From positions 1-28,239 of the IMG/VR virus record IMGVR_UViG_3300044701_004466: a stretch of DNA of 28,239 nt, one strand, 5' to 3'. The stretch comes from a virus. Its lineage: Duplodnaviria > Caudoviricetes. Below, one piece after another: positions 24,955 to 28,239 of the stretch (positions within the stretch are counted from its first letter, which is position 1; the number at the start of each line of letters is the position of its first letter). A program made the translations under genes and the position numbers. The notes under the pieces were generated by a model. It searched no databases, had not been told where the DNA came from, and saw only the letters and a program-made list of their open reading frames with translations.

Positions 24955-26190
24955 ATGATTAAATTTGATCACACCACTTTTACACAAGATCCCGCAATGG
25001 GGTGGTATGAGATTGGCGGAAAAATCTATTGGGATAAAGCCAGCGCATTACTTGAAGGATCGAGATTGGGCTTTAAATACTCCGACCTACATTGGAATTT
25101 CAATGACGAAGTATTTGGTAAATTTAACTGGGGTGTCGAACCTCCAGGGGACATAAGATTATACTATCAGAATAGAGCGAAAGAACTACGAGAAAAATAT
25201 GATTATATCATATTAAATTTTAGTGGAGGATCAGATTCTACAACGATACTTTACAGTTTTGTACAGGCAAATCTTTTCATTGACGAAATAATATATCGTC
25301 ACCCCACGTCCGGGACAAAAAAATACCAATCCAGCAAACATTTTGGCGCCAGCAATGAATTCAGCGAATATGAATTTGCCGCGAAACCAATTTTAGATTG
25401 GTTTACTAAAATTAGCCCGACTACTAAAATCACCATACATGACTTTAGTACTGATATAATCGACAATAAAAATCTTCTCTGGGATGAAAATTATATCCAT
25501 TGGATCGGTGACTACATCAGTCCTGGCTGTGTGGTAAGATACAATCACGCCTCTATATACGATCATCTCAAAGAATTTGATAAAGGAAAAAAAGTCGGCA
25601 TTATTTTTGGATTGGACAAACCCAAGGTAATAGTCGAGGGCGGAAAGGTTTACACATATTTTATGGATAGACCGCTACACAACGCTGGACCGGCAATGGT
25701 ACATAACGGGTTTACTAATACTCGTGCTGAAATGTTTTTTTGGAGCCCTGATGCCAGGGCAATGATCGCGAAACAGGCGCATCTAATAAAAAAATGGTTC
25801 GAATCCCCAACCAATCAAATGTTGAGATACATGCTGGATTACGAATGGCTACAGAGTCCATATAATAGAACAGCTTATGAATCTATTGCAAAAGCAATAA
25901 TCTACCCCGATTACGATCTTAATATTTTTCAGTGTTATAAACCAGTGCGAGCAGTGTTTCATGAGTGGGATTATTGGCTCGATGATTTTAAAAACACCGA
26001 AGGATATAAAACTTTTATGCGAGGAATGATACATCTATACCGTAACATAGATCGATCCTTCTTGAGATCTTCGGGAATGTCGTTGGTCAATAATAAAAAA
26101 GTAGGAACTGCGCACGATGTATCGCTGAGCGACTGGGAATATAAACCTTGTATGTCTAATAGATATTTGATTGGTAATTTTGCGGATTAA
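24955..26190 (+). CDS. PP-loop (adenine nucleotide alpha-hydrolase superfamily) enzyme of unknown substrate (411 aa)
   Basis: ILNFSGGSDS PP-loop; IIFGLDKP and EMFFW motifs. The tracked start at 24889 lies inside the terminator, so ATG 24955 is preferred. Confidence 0.75.
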   Translation: MIKFDHTTFTQDPAMGWYEIGGKIYWDKASALLEGSRLGFKYSDLHWNFNDEVFGKFNWGVEPPGDIRLYYQNRAKELREKYDYIILNFSGGSDSTTILYSFVQANLFIDEIIYRHPTSGTKKYQSSKHFGASNEFSEYEFAAKPILDWFTKISPTTKITIHDFSTDIIDNKNLLWDENYIHWIGDYISPGCVVRYNHASIYDHLKEFDKGKKVGIIFGLDKPKVIVEGGKVYTYFMDRPLHNAGPAMVHNGFTNTRAEMFFWSPDARAMIAKQAHLIKKWFESPTNQMLRYMLDYEWLQSPYNRTAYESIAKAIIYPDYDLNIFQCYKPVRAVFHEWDYWLDDFKNTEGYKTFMRGMIHLYRNIDRSFLRSSGMSLVNNKKVGTAHDVSLSDWEYKPCMSNRYLIGNFAD

Positions 26191-26198
26191 AATTTAAT

Positions 26199-26204
26199 TA
26201 AATA
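26199..26204 (+). promoter_or_regulatory. Late promoter TAAATA (leaderless type)
   Basis: 5 nt before ATG 26210, with no Shine-Dalgarno sequence. Confidence 0.6.
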
Positions 26205-26209
26205 AAACT

Positions 26210-26707
26210 ATGACTAAAAAATTAGAAGAATTACTGAATCTGCCATTGGCAGATTCTGAAGAAAATAATGCTCCTTCCCTGGTGGAACAACAACAGGAGA
26301 TAATACAAGAAGTTGACACAGCGATTGATAAAATTGACGCTGCCTTACCAATGGTGCGAGAACTAGAAGCCGCAGACCATGAGATGGACGAGCTGGCCAG
26401 TCTGGCCGAAGAGAAATTTAAGGATCTCATGGATCTGGGCATGAATGTCGAACCACGTTACTCAGGAGTGATATTACAGACCGCATCAACTTTACTGGGA
26501 CATGCCATTGCTGCCAAAACCGCAAAAATGGACAAAAAACTGCGAATGATACAGTTACAACTCAGTAAGGCTAGACTGGACTATCAAATCAATAAAGAAT
26601 CTCCTGAGGATAATACTGTCGAAGGGCAGGGCATAGTGCTGGACCGCAACGAAATACTCAAGCAGATACTAGATTCCGCCCGGGATCAAAATAATAAATC
26701 CGCATAA
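26210..26707 (+). CDS. Probable terminase small subunit-like helical protein (165 aa)
   Basis: Size, two long amphipathic helices around an EPR turn, and a C-terminal DRNEILKQI resemble the T4 gp16 layout; function uncertain. Confidence 0.5.
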   Translation: MTKKLEELLNLPLADSEENNAPSLVEQQQEIIQEVDTAIDKIDAALPMVRELEAADHEMDELASLAEEKFKDLMDLGMNVEPRYSGVILQTASTLLGHAIAAKTAKMDKKLRMIQLQLSKARLDYQINKESPEDNTVEGQGIVLDRNEILKQILDSARDQNNKSA

Positions 26708-26710
26708 ATA
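26705..26710 (+). promoter_or_regulatory. Late promoter TAAATA overlapping the upstream stop codon
   Basis: CATAAATACTTGGAACAGGA is nearly identical to the gp13 leader CATAAATACTTGGTAACAGGA. Confidence 0.75.
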
Positions 26711-26729
26711 CTTGGAACAGGAACCTAAC

Positions 26730-27317
26730 ATGAAAGATTTCCAGACTTATTTTTATGAAGCCAACAAGCTCTTTGAATTCCGCGTGAAAATCGCTGACAT
26801 AGAGCCCAGAGGCCCGGTGATGGAAGCCATCAAATTGGCTCTGGACGCCTATCAAATTGAAACTATCAGCAAAGTCAAGCGCATGCCTATACAGAATCAT
26901 AGAGATTTTCCCAAAAATGGGCCTTGCGAATGCTACATGTTTGATGTCGCTGTGCGATATCCCACCATAGTTGAACAGATACGCCAACTCATCGTTGAGC
27001 GTGCTCGTATTCCCGGTGCGTCTGTATGCGTTTACACCAAAGCACAGATGGAACAAGAAGAAGCATTATCCGATGACATCACTGACGACAAAGAATCGAT
27101 TCTTGAGCAACCGGAACTAAAAGCCGAATCGGCTCAGGATGCTGTCGGTGAGAAACGTCTGACATCGTTTTTAAAAGAATTAGAAACAACCAAACACGAA
27201 ATTGCTGGCAAGGAAAAATCTGACGGCAAAACAACCAACGAACTCGAGCAAGGCACTATTAGCCCAGTGGGTTCAACTAAAATTACCAAACCCGAACCTA
27301 AGAGCTCGGCGAGATAA
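26730..27317 (+). CDS. Hypothetical head-associated protein (195 aa)
   Basis: Start moved to MKDFQTYFYE after an AGGA RBS; charged C-terminus. Confidence 0.75.
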   Translation: MKDFQTYFYEANKLFEFRVKIADIEPRGPVMEAIKLALDAYQIETISKVKRMPIQNHRDFPKNGPCECYMFDVAVRYPTIVEQIRQLIVERARIPGASVCVYTKAQMEQEEALSDDITDDKESILEQPELKAESAQDAVGEKRLTSFLKELETTKHEIAGKEKSDGKTTNELEQGTISPVGSTKITKPEPKSSAR

Positions 27318-27327
27318 GGAAAAGACC

Positions 27328-28239
27328 GTGAACAGCATTTATTCTATACTTGATATCATCGCAAAGATTACTCCCAAGGACTCCACAAGAGCAGAAAAAG
27401 TTTCTGAACCAGTAGAAGCCAAAGGCAGTATCGTCGAAGGAGTAAACTCAGTCGAAGAACGTCTGAAGTCAAAATTACAAGAATTTAAATCAACGGTCAG
27501 CGAAGGCGAAGTCTGTGAGAAATGCGATTCTACACCTTGCCAATGCGAATCTGTTGAAGAAGGTAGAGAAGATGTTCCAACAGTATTCAGAGATCGTGCT
27601 GGACAGCCACGTCTCACTATGAAAGACATCAAAAAACCACAGATCTATCAATACCGTGTTGGCGAAAAAGAATTTATGAGTCAAGGTGCCGCTGAAGAAT
27701 TTGCCGCTGGCACCGGACAGCAAGTAGAAAAGATAGAAGAAGCCGACATGGAAGAAGGCAACGAATTTTCTGGTGCGCTGGCCAAAGCCAAAGCCAGTGG
27801 TGCAAAAGAATTTGAAGTTGATGGCAAGAAATATCAAGTCAAAGAAGACTGGATGGACTTTCAAGCCAAGAAAGATCTTTATAAAAAACAAGGTGCCGAT
27901 GTTGACGGACGCGATGATGATTACGTAGTGACGTTTTCAGATGGCACACGCAAGCGTTATCAAGAAAAAGATGGTCGCAGGATCGTTACTTCTCTTGAGC
28001 CTGTCGACAAAGGTGAACCCACTGATGACGAAGGCAATATCGTTAAAAGAGGCCGCGGAAGACCAAAAGGCGCCAAACGTGCTTTGGGAGCTAAAGGTCC
28101 TACAGGACGTAGCAAATTATTAAAGATGGGCGAAGATGTTTCAAACCTTGAGCGCAGTCTCACCGAAGATCATGCTTTGAGAGAAGAAGTGTTCAATCAC
28201 ATTCTAGGCCGATTCCCATTTGAAGTTAAACAATTTCGC
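27328..28239 (+). CDS. Glu-rich modular protein with a Cys cluster and an AT-hook; candidate internal head/core protein (3' truncated, not in ORF track)
   Basis: GTG 27328 after TAAGGA; frame is open to the window end (MNSIYSILDIIAKITPKD...FEVKQFR); CEKCDSTPCQC at 27514-27546; KRGRGRPKG at 28045-28071. Confidence 0.85.
   Translation, partial: MNSIYSILDIIAKITPKDSTRAEKVSEPVEAKGSIVEGVNSVEERLKSKLQEFKSTVSEGEVCEKCDSTPCQCESVEEGREDVPTVFRDRAGQPRLTMKDIKKPQIYQYRVGEKEFMSQGAAEEFAAGTGQQVEKIEEADMEEGNEFSGALAKAKASGAKEFEVDGKKYQVKEDWMDFQAKKDLYKKQGADVDGRDDDYVVTFSDGTRKRYQEKDGRRIVTSLEPVDKGEPTDDEGNIVKRGRGRPKGAKRALGAKGPTGRSKLLKMGEDVSNLERSLTEDHALREEVFNHILGRFPFEVKQFR

Noticed and set aside
27339-28163. Tracked short ORFs at the right end (27339..27632, 27490..27891, 27941..28123, 27960..28163)
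   Set aside because: They overlap the RBS-supported open frame 27328..>28239, which explains the region.
1-28239. Stop-codon reassignment, as seen in some large phages
   Set aside because: Core genes are intact in the standard code, and TAA, TGA and TAG all end genes at sensible boundaries.

Overview
28.2 kb of a large, T4-related myovirus (probably jumbo-class) virion-morphogenesis region in the standard genetic code. Left to right it holds five fibre/appendage genes built from shared modules (one with long GNVT/GDLT tetrapeptide arrays, one with a peptidase-G2-like autocleaving chaperone tail), a Maf/CstII-like putative glycosyltransferase, and a minus-strand gp14-gp15-Nudix unit. A small sigma70-driven early island follows, then gp13, dNMP kinase, an HNH-like gene, tail sheath, tail tube, a baseplate-tube protein and a gp4-like nuclease. 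Next is an inserted cassette of two signal-peptide-less TRAP DctP-like solute-binding proteins plus a PP-loop (SGGSDS) enzyme, then a probable small terminase and head-associated proteins. The last ORF is missing from the supplied track and carries an AT-hook. Late genes share a TAAATA promoter motif: some copies sit inside hairpins, one of which masks the RBS, and three lie exactly 5 nt before an ATG. The best candidate for an undescribed system is the cytoplasmic DctP pair + PP-loop cassette. All family assignments come from motif recognition by eye, not database searches.
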